The translations under genes and the position numbers were made by a program. From Polyangiales bacterium (GTDB taxonomy: Bacteria > Myxococcota_A > Polyangia > Polyangiales > Houyiibacteriaceae), in assembly GCA_045106895.1 (NCBI GenBank), contig JBGCFM010000248.1:1-39716 (forward strand): DNA of 39,716 nt. The letters run 5' to 3'. The notes below the pieces were generated by a model. The model was not told where the DNA came from, ran no database searches, and worked only from the letters and a program-made list of their open reading frames with translations. This document shows, piece after piece, positions 9,567-18,890 of the stretch. The stretch's first letter is position 1. Every line of letters begins with the position of its first letter.

Positions 9567-10191
9567 TTAGTCACGCATCCGCGCGCCGCTCGCTAGGAAG
9601 AACTCTCCGCCGAGGACCCAGCTGCTTTTCTGCCACTCCAAACGAAACTCCTCACTCTTCGCTTCAAGGGGAAGCCAACTCTGGCGAGAGAGCGTTCCGC
9701 GCGAGATCACCTCCACCAGACGTGCGTACATCCCGGGGTTCGGGTTATGCACATCCGCGATCACCAGCCGCCCTCCAGGCGCCAGCGCGTTGAACCACTC
9801 ATCGAGGACCTCTTCATACGCGTCGATGACGCTGAGGCTCAGAAAGCAAAGCACACGATCGATGCGACCGATCTCTTCGCGCATCGCACGCCTTTTCTCA
9901 ACATCGCCCACTTCGACCTTCAGCAACTCAACGTTGTCCCAGTCCATCCGCCGGCTACGCCCCGCCGCTTTCTTCAGCATGCCCGGTGACGCGTCGGCAC
10001 CGATGAGACGCCCGGTCTTTCCAATGCGCGCCAGAATCGATGGAAAACTCGCGCCCGTCCCGCAACCGACGTCTACGACGCTGAGCCCCTCACGAAGGTC
10101 TAGCTAGGGCGTCGGCCGCTTGCTCTCGATGTTCCGCATAGGTTTTGTCGAGGCACAGGTCGTAAAAGTTGGCGAACTTGTCGTACCACAT
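9567..10191 (-). pseudogene. Class I SAM-dependent methyltransferase (UbiE/PmtA-like) interrupted by a 4-bp CTAG duplication
   Basis: ATG 10191 gives MWYDKFANFYDLCLDKTYAEHREQAADAL; removing one CTAG at 10100-10107 continues in frame to DLREGLSVVDVGCGTGASF...IGADASPGMLKKA...LAPGGRLVIAD, a 206-aa ORF with motif I. Confidence 0.85.
10100..10107. repeat. CTAGCTAG tandem duplication, possible target-site-duplication scar
   Basis: Read directly as ggtCTAGCTAGggc; causes the methyltransferase frameshift. Confidence 0.8.
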
Positions 10192-10373
10192 CGGTCGGCT
10201 CCATCGATTGCGCGCTTGGTTCGACGAGAACCTGCCGCGACGACGTGTTCAACGCAAGAACCCCGGTGGCTAACGCTGGCCCGTCTTGATGTCTCGCACT
10301 GCCATGTCGAGTTGTTGTGGATGGCATCTCGTTTCGACTACGCACAGGTGGCCGGAAGAGCTAGCGTCGTCGC

Positions 10374-12182
10374 GTGCACGACGTGGCTCTGAACGAATCC
10401 ATCGCGGACACTCTGAGGCAAACGCTTGGAGAGGCACCAAACCTGAATGACACGATCCTTCCGGAGGCGTCTGCTGCAGCCAACCTGCCCGCCAACTCCT
10501 CAGGCGTAGAGCTCCTCTCAGTCATCGGCGAAGGAGGCATGGCCCAGGTGCACCTCGCGCGGCAGAAGAACCTAAACCGCCAAGTCGCCGTCAAGACGCT
10601 TCGCCCCGACCAGCGAGGCGAGAAGATGTCCCAGAGGCTCCTGCAGGAGGCCTGGACCACGGGCGCTCTGGAGCACCCAAATATCGTCCCCGTGCACGAC
10701 ATCCTGTGGGGCGAAGATGGCGAGCCACAGGTCGTTCTCAAGCGCGTTGAAGGACAAAGCTGGTCCGAGCTCAGCGACACCGAGTCGCCGCTGGAAGAGC
10801 AGCTGCGGGTTTTGATGGACGTCTCCCGCGCCGTTGAGTTCGCCCACCATCGGGGCTTTGTGCACCGAGACATCAAGCCCGAGAACGTCCTCGTGGGCGA
10901 GGCCGGGGATGTGTACCTCGCAGACTGGGGCATCGCCGTCGCGACAGCCGAGCACGCCGGTGGTCGCTTCCCTCTCGCCAGCGAAGCCACGCTGATCGTT
11001 GGCACGCCCGCCTACATGGCTCCCGAGATGTTGGACCCCGCGAACTCACCCATCGGGCCGTGGACCGACATCTACCTCCTCGGCTCGGTGCTCTACGAGC
11101 TCTTGGCGAAGCGGCCGCCTCATTCCGGAGAGTCGATGCTCTCTTTGGTTCACAACATCGTTCGCGGTCCCATCATGCCGGACCAAGACCCAGAGCTTGT
11201 CCGTATCTGTGCGCGCGCCATGGAGAGCGAGCCGGACAAGCGCTTCGAGTCCGCGCTTCAGTTCCGTCTCGCACTACAGGACTATCTAAAACACGAAGGC
11301 GCACGCGCCATCGCCGCAAAAGCCGACGACTCCTTCGACACTTGGCAGGAGCTTCGGAAGAGCGGCGATATCGTTGGCGCAGACGCGGCCTTTGCGGAGT
11401 CTCGTTTTGGGTACAGAGCGGCCTTGGAAGCCTGGCCCGACTTCGAACATGCCGACACGAAGCTCCGCGACTTGGACATTCAGATGGCGCAGGTGGAGCT
11501 TGATGCGGGGAACGTGGAGTCAGCCCGTCGCATCGTCGCGCGCGTGAGCGATCCGCCCGCGACATTGCTCGCTCGCGTTCGCCGCGCGGAGGATGAGCAC
11601 CTGGACACGGAGCAGCGCCGCGCGAGCCTGGCGGCGGCCACAGACGAAGCGACGCATCGCGGCACACGCGCCGCGATGACCGCGTTCTTCGCCGTGGTCT
11701 GGATTATCGGCCCCTTGTACCGGACGTCCTTAGCCACGGTGACGCCCATCGGCGTCGTCGCGCCCTACCTAGGTTCTTTGGCGTTGGCGCTGACCGTCGT
11801 GTACGTGGCACGACGAGGCATCAGGAAGTCCTATCTGAACCAGACGATGGTCACCATCGTGCTGACCATGATGGTCGCGGACTTAGTGCTCTCGATGATC
11901 GTCGCTCGCTACGATCTCGGGTTTCTTTGGCTCACCCAGGTGCTGCCCATCGTCTGGGCCTGCGGGTCGATAAGCGCCGTCGGACTGATCAGCCGCCGAT
12001 TCTGGCCCACGGCGTTGGCGATGACGCTGCTCTGCTTCGGAGTACGAGAACGCCCCGACTTGATCAACGAGCTCACCTCGGCGGCGAACTTCGCGCTCTT
12101 CGTCAACGGCATCTGGGTCAACCGAAGTTGGTCGGAGCTGCAGAAGCGATTTCGACGCGCGCCAGCAGAAGAGCAGGACTGA
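10374..12182 (+). CDS. Hanks-type Ser/Thr protein kinase with C-terminal multi-TM domain
   Basis: GEGGMAQV, VAVK, HPNIV, HRDIKPEN, DWG, GTPAYMAPE; about 5 hydrophobic helices at the C-terminus. Confidence 0.95.
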   Translation: MHDVALNESIADTLRQTLGEAPNLNDTILPEASAAANLPANSSGVELLSVIGEGGMAQVHLARQKNLNRQVAVKTLRPDQRGEKMSQRLLQEAWTTGALEHPNIVPVHDILWGEDGEPQVVLKRVEGQSWSELSDTESPLEEQLRVLMDVSRAVEFAHHRGFVHRDIKPENVLVGEAGDVYLADWGIAVATAEHAGGRFPLASEATLIVGTPAYMAPEMLDPANSPIGPWTDIYLLGSVLYELLAKRPPHSGESMLSLVHNIVRGPIMPDQDPELVRICARAMESEPDKRFESALQFRLALQDYLKHEGARAIAAKADDSFDTWQELRKSGDIVGADAAFAESRFGYRAALEAWPDFEHADTKLRDLDIQMAQVELDAGNVESARRIVARVSDPPATLLARVRRAEDEHLDTEQRRASLAAATDEATHRGTRAAMTAFFAVVWIIGPLYRTSLATVTPIGVVAPYLGSLALALTVVYVARRGIRKSYLNQTMVTIVLTMMVADLVLSMIVARYDLGFLWLTQVLPIVWACGSISAVGLISRRFWPTALAMTLLCFGVRERPDLINELTSAANFALFVNGIWVNRSWSELQKRFRRAPAEEQD

Positions 12183-12313
12183 CTCCTTCGCGCTCGCACA
12201 TTCCTCAAGGCGGGTCGTATGCCCGGTTCATCCTCCTGCCCTTGCGCCGTTCTACCTGCTTAGGACAGGAGCTCACGTAGAGATTTCCTTCCTCGGAAGG
12301 TTCGAAGGTCAGC

Positions 12314-13381
12314 ATGTCCTCCCACTCGCGACGGTCTCGAGACAGCGTGGCTCCCTTCGGCGGGATGCCTCCGGTGCTGCTCGTCGGCCTAGACACTGCG
12401 ACGAGCGCCGTCGTCGAGGCTGCTCTGGCGGGGGAGGGCTACGATATGATCCACGCCGCATCCGTGGAAGACGCCGTCGTTGTCCTTCGCTCCAAGGTCA
12501 GCTCATTGGTTCTCTGGGACTCCGGGAAGGCCGCTCCCCAGGAGCGGCTCTGGTCACTTCTTGAGGCACAGCGAGGGGCCGCCATCATCGTCCTGAGCGA
12601 CGCAGGAGATGTCTCCCAAGCGCGCAGAGTCCTTCGGCGCGGCGCCTTTGCCTGCGTAAACCCCGCGAACCCATTCGAGCTCGTTACTCAACTCTATTCC
12701 GCACAGCTTCGTCAGACGCCTACACGTCCCGGTGTTGCGAAGGACGTCGACCATCTTTTTCAGTCCATGGCCCCCTATCAGATCACCGATCACCTCGCCC
12801 TCGCTTGCCTTGCACGCGACGCGGAAACGGGCAGTCACGTCGCGCGCGTTGGTCAGTACTCATCGATCCTAGCCCGCGCGATGGGGTTCTCTGAGGAACA
12901 AGCGGAGCTCATCGCCGTCGCCGCCACCACCCACGACGTCGGCAAACTGGGTGTTCCGGAGAAGATCCTCAACAAGCCTGGGCGTCTCACGGAGAGCGAG
13001 TTCGAGACGATGAAGCAACACACCGTCATCGGCGCGGCGATCCTCGCGGGCACTGAAAACCCAATGCTCAAGCTGGCAGAGCGCATCGCCCTCGAACATC
13101 ACGAACGATGGGACGGCGCCGGCTACCCAAACGGCCTCGTCGGCGACGAGACGATTCTGGAGGCTCGCATCGTCGGAATCGCCGACGTGTATGACGCCTT
13201 GGTGCACAACCGCGTCTACAAGAAGGCGTGGCCGGAATCCCGAGTTCTGAAGCTCCTTCTTGAGCAACGCGGCACTCAATTCGATCCGCGAGTTGTCGAC
13301 GCCTTTATGTCTGTGCTTCCTGAAATCCAGCGTGCGCGCCGTCGGCTGGAGGACGCCCCCGCCAAACGCGCCGCCGCATAG
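12314..13381 (+). CDS. Receiver-like domain plus HD-GYP cyclic-dinucleotide phosphodiesterase (RpfG-like)
   Basis: ETGSHVARV, HDVGK, HHERWDGAGYP, IADVYDAL, QFDP; degenerate N-terminal receiver. Alternative start ATG 12365. Confidence 0.9.
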   Translation: MSSHSRRSRDSVAPFGGMPPVLLVGLDTATSAVVEAALAGEGYDMIHAASVEDAVVVLRSKVSSLVLWDSGKAAPQERLWSLLEAQRGAAIIVLSDAGDVSQARRVLRRGAFACVNPANPFELVTQLYSAQLRQTPTRPGVAKDVDHLFQSMAPYQITDHLALACLARDAETGSHVARVGQYSSILARAMGFSEEQAELIAVAATTHDVGKLGVPEKILNKPGRLTESEFETMKQHTVIGAAILAGTENPMLKLAERIALEHHERWDGAGYPNGLVGDETILEARIVGIADVYDALVHNRVYKKAWPESRVLKLLLEQRGTQFDPRVVDAFMSVLPEIQRARRRLEDAPAKRAAA

Positions 13382-13447
13382 GCTGCCCATCGCCGTGGCC
13401 GGGGACACTCATCGCCGCGACCATCGCGATTCGTTTACGGCGTCGCT

Positions 13448-14434
13448 CTAGAAGGTGCCACTCAGCGAGAGCCCGTCGCCGCGAATCTCCAGGTCTAAGG
13501 TGGTGAGACCCTCACGTCGTGCGCGAAGGCGCTGCTTCACGCCGAGAGCGAAGACGAGGCCACCGAGCGCGAGACCACCAAGGCTAATGCCAACCGCCGC
13601 CCAGCGACTGCGACTGATCCGCTGCTGATCCAGACAAGGACAGGTTTCGTTGAGCACGCGACGCCGCGAGATCCACCACGGGACCGCCGCAAGGCCCACG
13701 CCCATCAAGGCGGCGCCGAAGATCATGCCGGAGCGTGACGCCGTCACGGATTCATCCTCCGTTGGCTGAACAGCGGGCGTGTAGTGTCGCTGAGCTTGCT
13801 GCTGCGCCACGGGCGCCGGAGCCGGGGTTGGAGCAGGAGCTTCCGGCGCAGGTTCCGGCGCCACGAACACAGGCTCGGCGGCGACATCGGCCTGCGCGCT
13901 CACATCGGCCTGCGCGGTGACAGCCGCCTGCTGTTGCGCGGGCTGTTGCGGCTGCGCGGGCTGTTGCGGCGCGCTATTGGCGTTGCCACTAATCTGACGT
14001 GAGAAGTTCGCAAACTGTCCCAGCTGAGCTGGAGTCATGCTGAACGATGCGCCGCAGACGGTGAGCGTGACGACCCGCGCGTTGCCGATCATGACAGTGT
14101 TTTGGGTCCCCGCGCGGCCCGTGAGCGTCTCGGCGACTCCTCCGGCAAAGACTTCACTTGCATAGCTCACCGGCATGCTCGTGCTCGCTCCGTCCACCCG
14201 CCAGCTGAACTCGGAGCACTGCGAGAGTACGGAGCCAGCGGCGCGTCGCTGAAGAAGGACGTTGACCGAATCCGCGCCGGGGGCTCCCACCAGCGAGAGC
14301 TGAACTTCGCTGTTGAGGGTGAGCACCTCCGTGACCTGTGCGGGCTGTGCCCCCCACTGAGCCTGGGCAGTCGATGAGACACCTGCGAGGGAAGCCATCG
14401 CGACGAGTGTTCCGAGAAGTGGAAGGCGCTTCAT
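13448..14434 (-). CDS. Secreted/membrane protein with Pro/Gln/Ala linker and two C-terminal TM helices
   Basis: Signal MKRLPLLGTLVAMASLAGVSSTAQA from ATG 14434; PQQPAQ repeats; two TMs; ends GLSLSGTF. Confidence 0.7.
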   Translation of the reverse strand: MKRLPLLGTLVAMASLAGVSSTAQAQWGAQPAQVTEVLTLNSEVQLSLVGAPGADSVNVLLQRRAAGSVLSQCSEFSWRVDGASTSMPVSYASEVFAGGVAETLTGRAGTQNTVMIGNARVVTLTVCGASFSMTPAQLGQFANFSRQISGNANSAPQQPAQPQQPAQQQAAVTAQADVSAQADVAAEPVFVAPEPAPEAPAPTPAPAPVAQQQAQRHYTPAVQPTEDESVTASRSGMIFGAALMGVGLAAVPWWISRRRVLNETCPCLDQQRISRSRWAAVGISLGGLALGGLVFALGVKQRLRARREGLTTLDLEIRGDGLSLSGTF

Positions 14435-14493
14435 GGTCGTGGATCCTGGTCGAGTCGAAGAAGAAACAAGTGCGGCGATCAATCTAACGGGGT

Positions 14494-15111
14494 TCATTCG
14501 GACTCCAGACGTGGACGAATGACGTCTCGAAGATCGAGAAGATGGCCAGTCTCGACGTTGTGCTCGACGGCGAGGGTCTCAAGCTGCGTGGCGTCGTCGC
14601 TCAATCCGGAAACATCGATGAAAAGGGCCTCCGCTGTGAACGTCTCGAGGGGCCCGGCGGGAATGCCAAAGATCTCGATCTCCGGCGTGCCGATGGTGAA
14701 GCTGCGCGCGCCGGTCTCGATGACCGGGTAAGAGAAAGCCGCGCTGGTCGCCTGACAAGCTCCAGAGCTATTCGGTGACGAGTAACCAGGGTCGACGGCG
14801 AAGGCCATATTGCCGTAGAGCGAAAGGTCTTCGACGGCCCAAAGGAAACCGACCTCGGCGGCGTCTCTGCAGGCGCCAATCCCGTCGATGGCGTCGACGA
14901 TTCCGCCGCTCCGAGCGACTACGCGGCCCTGATAACGTGTTCCATCCGACGCAACGGCGGAGTCGCTACGCGTGAAGGTGACGAGCTCTCCGTTCGCCTG
15001 GCGCCATGTGCCGGGCAGCGCGTCGATGAGCGCAATGTCGTCGGTGCACCCGACAAGCGCCATGCACGCGGCGGCGAGGCAGAGGGGGGAAGAAAGTACT
15101 GAAAAAGACAA
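14494..15111 (-). CDS. Hypothetical lipoprotein
   Basis: TTG start preceded by AAGGAG; lipobox LVGC; LPGTW motif resembles a lipocalin-like GxW. Confidence 0.65.
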   Translation of the reverse strand: MSFSVLSSPLCLAAACMALVGCTDDIALIDALPGTWRQANGELVTFTRSDSAVASDGTRYQGRVVARSGGIVDAIDGIGACRDAAEVGFLWAVEDLSLYGNMAFAVDPGYSSPNSSGACQATSAAFSYPVIETGARSFTIGTPEIEIFGIPAGPLETFTAEALFIDVSGLSDDATQLETLAVEHNVETGHLLDLRDVIRPRLESE

Positions 15112-15282
15112 ACGGATCTCCTTGTAAGCGCTTTGCTCAGCGCATGTTCACTCCCGGTACGTAAACCCTTCTTCAAGCCCATCAGGAAATCTCAAGCAGG
15201 GGCGAAAAGCGTACGCCTCAGCGGATTCCTCGTCGTGTTGGCGCCACTGGTCGATACCACCGCTCCGGTGCATGCTCGCTGC

Positions 15283-16611
15283 ATGGACTGGTCAAAATAC
15301 GCTGCGCTATCCGCCGAGTGGACTGAAAAGACGCTCATATATGCTGACGGGATCAACGGGTTTGTCGCGCGAGGCATCGCCAGCGACTGGGAAGATGCAG
15401 GGGAAGCGCCGGACGACAAACGCGACGGAACCCTCGGCGATAAGGTCGTGGATGTCGTCCGCGAGGCCAACGCCCAAGGCGCATGGCGAGAACTACGAGA
15501 GCACTTTCCTCCGGCCCACGCTCCCTTCGCAGAGAAGCTCGACGAACGCGCATCGCCGATGCGAAACGTCTTCTTTGTGGGCGACGGCAGCGTAGTGGCG
15601 ACGCACGGCACGCCTTGGCAAGCGGGAGGCGTCGCGGTCTATGGGGTCGACGGAGAGTGCGAGGAGCAAAGCGGTGTCCTCGACGTCGGCGTCAGCCCAG
15701 GCCGGCAGTTCTTCGCGCGCCTCAAAGAAGACCACCTCGTCATCACAGAGGGCTGGGACGGCGCGGAGGTGCGCCGAGTGCCGCGCCCGCGTGGCGACGA
15801 AGGGGCCCCGGCGGGAACGGAGACGCTAACGGACGACGACGGGCTCGCCATCATCGAACACATGGAAGTGTTGCCGAACGGAGAGGGCGTCGCCTTAGCG
15901 ACGGGTCGAGGCATCTTTCTTTCCACGAGCGCCGGCGCGCAGCGCATCTCGCCAGATACAGCGACGCTGGAGCAAAAGCTTGCGGAGTGGGATGACAACG
16001 CGCACGGGCCTTACCCGCTTCGAACGGACATGAGCCACGTGGCCGTTCACCCGAGCGGCGAGTGGATCGCCTGCGGCTACCAAGACTCGCAGCACGAGCT
16101 ACGCACCATCGACGGGCTCCTCGTCGGTGAGTTTGGCCCCCTTCACTCCGAGTACCCGCATCACGCCGCTTTCAGCCCGGATGGCACGCGCGCGATCTTC
16201 AACAGCTGTCACTTCTACAACGGCGTGACGAGCATCGGGCGCATGGACGAGCTGCATGGCCTCCGGCTCGGAACCTACGAAGAGGACACGCGCCTGCTGC
16301 CTCTTGAGTCCGGGTCCCGCGTCTACGACTCAAGCTTCCACGAAGGGGCGTTTCTCCTCGGCGACGCCTACGGCTACGTTCGCGCCGCCAAGGTCAACGG
16401 AGACACGGCTTGGCAGCATTTCACCGGCTCCACCGTTGGTGGCGTCGATGTCTCACCCGATGGAAAGCAGCTCGCCATCGCCACCTACGCCGGCTTTTTG
16501 TCGCTCCTCGAGCTCTCCGATAAGCCACAAGCTCACCAGATTGGAAACGGCCCCTTCGTCGAGCGAATCCGCTACCTTCGCTGGAACGACGAAGCGCTCT
16601 GGCGCTGGTGA
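15283..16611 (+). CDS. WD40-like beta-propeller protein
   Basis: Blade motifs VSPGRQFFA, VHPSGEWIA, FSPDGTRAI, VSPDGKQLAIA; likely start ATG 15283 (MDWSKY). Confidence 0.75.
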   Translation: MDWSKYAALSAEWTEKTLIYADGINGFVARGIASDWEDAGEAPDDKRDGTLGDKVVDVVREANAQGAWRELREHFPPAHAPFAEKLDERASPMRNVFFVGDGSVVATHGTPWQAGGVAVYGVDGECEEQSGVLDVGVSPGRQFFARLKEDHLVITEGWDGAEVRRVPRPRGDEGAPAGTETLTDDDGLAIIEHMEVLPNGEGVALATGRGIFLSTSAGAQRISPDTATLEQKLAEWDDNAHGPYPLRTDMSHVAVHPSGEWIACGYQDSQHELRTIDGLLVGEFGPLHSEYPHHAAFSPDGTRAIFNSCHFYNGVTSIGRMDELHGLRLGTYEEDTRLLPLESGSRVYDSSFHEGAFLLGDAYGYVRAAKVNGDTAWQHFTGSTVGGVDVSPDGKQLAIATYAGFLSLLELSDKPQAHQIGNGPFVERIRYLRWNDEALWRW

Positions 16612-16731
16612 ATCGCGGCTCGGCGAGCCCTTGGCGCGAACTTTGCGTTTGCTAGTCGAAATGCCTACGCGAAAACCCTCAAGCAGCGTGTCTCGGCCAG
16701 AGATTGCGCCAACGTGTGCCGAGGAGCGCTC

Positions 16732-17928
16732 GTGAACAACCTATTCACAGCACCCGCCGCCATACCTAAGGCGACCTCTCTCGGCGCGCTCTTGATCGGG
16801 GCGTCCTTGCTCTGCGTTGGCTGCGAGCGACCGACTCCTCTGCAGCTCGCCGCCGGTGCGTCTTTGTCGAACCAGCTCATCGAAGGGCACCTCGCCGCGA
16901 TACAGCGACAGGACTTTTGCCGACGCGAGGAGGTCTCGGAGATTCTTGAGCGGACGACGACTCAAGAGTTCGACGAGATGGGTCGAATAGAGCGACAGAC
17001 CTTCACGGCGAGCGCGGGCTCGAACTCGGAAGTCGTCATTCGGTACAGAGATCTCGACGACGGGAGTCTCGAGACCGAGGTGGTGGCGCGGGTGTTCCTC
17101 GACTCAGGCGAGCGCATCTCACGTCAGCTCACCCAAGTCGACGCGGAAGGTCGAGAGACGTTCTATAGTCGAGATCAGACCGATGACGGATCCCTCGATG
17201 TCATCATCGAGACGACCTACGGACCACTCACCGAAACCCGAGTCGTCATGAACGGTCCAAATACGACGACGACGACGACCACCCGCGACGAGTTCGGCAA
17301 CATCGTGTCCTCGGTGAGTGAAGGTTCCGGAACCGAGCGCACGACGCAGACCACCTACACAGAAGACGGCACGCGGCCTCTACGAGAGCTCGCAACGACG
17401 CGCGGACTGGGAGCCCTCGAGGATCTGGAAACGACGTGGACCTACAACGACGCTGGCTACGAGGCGAGCATGGTGATCACCCTCGGCGGCGCGCCACGGC
17501 GGCAACGAGAGTGGGAGTTCGACGACGAAGGCACACCTATCTCGGTGCTCGACCGCGAATTTCTCCGCGGCGAGACTCGCATCCACCGAGACGCGACGCT
17601 GGTCTACTCCGGGGAGAACCTCGTCTCCGAAGTCGGCGTCCGCTTCATCGACGGATCGGACTACGTCGCCACGCTCACCGCTTCGCGGCGCTTTCAGTAC
17701 GACGCGGCGAACCGACTGGTTCGAGAGACCATCGAGACACCGGAAGGAACATGGGAAGCAGCCTGGACCTGGAACGGTGAGCGCCTCGAAAGGTACCGCG
17801 CCGGCCAAGGGGCTTCCTTCGACGAACGGCGCTTCCGCTACGACGCCATGGGCCGACTCACCGCCGTCGAGCGCGACACCACCGATGGATACGCCCTGGA
17901 CACGACGTGGACTTACGACTGCTTGTAG
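16732..17928 (+). CDS. YD/RHS-repeat lipoprotein
   Basis: GAGGAG then GTG 16732; lipobox CVGC; repeats FDEMGR, RDEFGN, YNDAGY, YDAANRLV, YDAMGRLT; no toxin-like C-terminal extension. Confidence 0.8.
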   Translation: MNNLFTAPAAIPKATSLGALLIGASLLCVGCERPTPLQLAAGASLSNQLIEGHLAAIQRQDFCRREEVSEILERTTTQEFDEMGRIERQTFTASAGSNSEVVIRYRDLDDGSLETEVVARVFLDSGERISRQLTQVDAEGRETFYSRDQTDDGSLDVIIETTYGPLTETRVVMNGPNTTTTTTTRDEFGNIVSSVSEGSGTERTTQTTYTEDGTRPLRELATTRGLGALEDLETTWTYNDAGYEASMVITLGGAPRRQREWEFDDEGTPISVLDREFLRGETRIHRDATLVYSGENLVSEVGVRFIDGSDYVATLTASRRFQYDAANRLVRETIETPEGTWEAAWTWNGERLERYRAGQGASFDERRFRYDAMGRLTAVERDTTDGYALDTTWTYDCL

Positions 17929-18119
17929 ACCGAAACGGCGATCGGTTCAGCCACCGGCTGCGAGCCGCAGCCAAACCCCGCCGCGCCGAGCGCCGACAAC
18001 CATAAGAACGACGCGTTTCATCAGGCGAGACTCTGCGAACAGCCGCGAGATTTCAAGAGCGGAGGACTCTTCAGCGTCCATGACAAGCGAAAGCTACGCG
18101 GGACATCGTCTGCGTCATG

Positions 18120-18800
18120 TCACCTGCACATCGACTCGAAGGTGCCGACGCCGTCTTCGTAGTGAGCGCGCTGTCCGCATTGCTGGTCGACTTCATACGG
18201 GCCGACGTCACCGTAACGCGCCGGGTCGTCGGTGGGCTCGACGCCAAGCCGCCGCATCCACTGGTGAAAGCTGGACTCGGACATGCGCGCCCGCATCGAG
18301 TAGTTGTAGTCCGGCAAGAAACCGTCTTCCTCGATGTTCTCCTCGATGACCTCGGATCCGTCTGGAAGCAGGCGCCTTGGCTGCCAGATTTCGCGATCCA
18401 TGTGCCTCACAACGCCCCAAGTCGCGAGCACCGACGCGACGACCACGGCGAGGGCGAGGACGAAGCGAGTCGTGCGCGAGCGTTCTCGAACGATAGGCCC
18501 GCGTCCAAACCAACGAAGCGTCGCGCCGCCGGCGATGAGACCCGGAAGCAGGAAGAGCATCGCCATAGGTTCGGAGAGTTCATCTCCGTGTGGGTAGTCC
18601 GGGAAGAGCTCCAGCAGCACCCATGCGGCGCCAACCCACGCAGCGCCGCTTATCAGGCCCATCGTGTACATGCCGGTGAACATGTCTTGCCCACGCGCTC
18701 GCCGAGCCGACGCCGCGAATAGCGCGAGGAGGGGCGTCAGGAGCAGAATGCCGATGGCGAATGCATATTGCGTCGGCGTTGTTGGCACTACGGGATGCAC
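18120..18800 (-). CDS. Hypothetical four-TM membrane protein with C-terminal soluble domain
   Basis: Four hydrophobic segments; GTG start with TAGGCT 6 nt upstream. Confidence 0.7.
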   Translation of the reverse strand: MHPVVPTTPTQYAFAIGILLLTPLLALFAASARRARGQDMFTGMYTMGLISGAAWVGAAWVLLELFPDYPHGDELSEPMAMLFLLPGLIAGGATLRWFGRGPIVRERSRTTRFVLALAVVVASVLATWGVVRHMDREIWQPRRLLPDGSEVIEENIEEDGFLPDYNYSMRARMSESSFHQWMRRLGVEPTDDPARYGDVGPYEVDQQCGQRAHYEDGVGTFESMCR

Positions 18801-18890
18801 GTCGCCAGCCTAGCCGATCTTTTGCAGCGGAAGCGCAGTCGTCCGAGTTGGCCGTTCGAGTCCGGCGTACGAACATGACACTATAGTGCC

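Noticed and set aside
10918..10932. Kinase DFG motif replaced by DWG
   Set aside because: A common variant in myxobacterial and planctomycete kinases; all other catalytic motifs are intact.
12286..12308. Hairpin ccttcctcggaagg upstream of the HD-GYP gene as a possible riboswitch or terminator
   Set aside because: Short stem, no U tract and no recognisable c-di-GMP riboswitch consensus.
13930..13972. Short tandem repeats (gctgttgcgcggg-like), also acg repeats near 17263-17283
   Set aside because: They encode PQQPAQ and poly-Thr stretches inside CDSs; no repeat-spacer structure, so not CRISPR.
16732..17928. Rhs polymorphic toxin
   Set aside because: No RHS core or DPxG cleavage motif, no toxin tip, no downstream immunity gene, no VgrG/PAAR nearby.
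17913..18081. 44-aa minus-strand ORF (17947..18081) and a possible frameshifted lipoprotein signal remnant (MKRVV / LWLSALGAAGFGC)
   Set aside because: Very short, needs an assumed indel, has no downstream domain and overlaps the YD gene end; not supportable.
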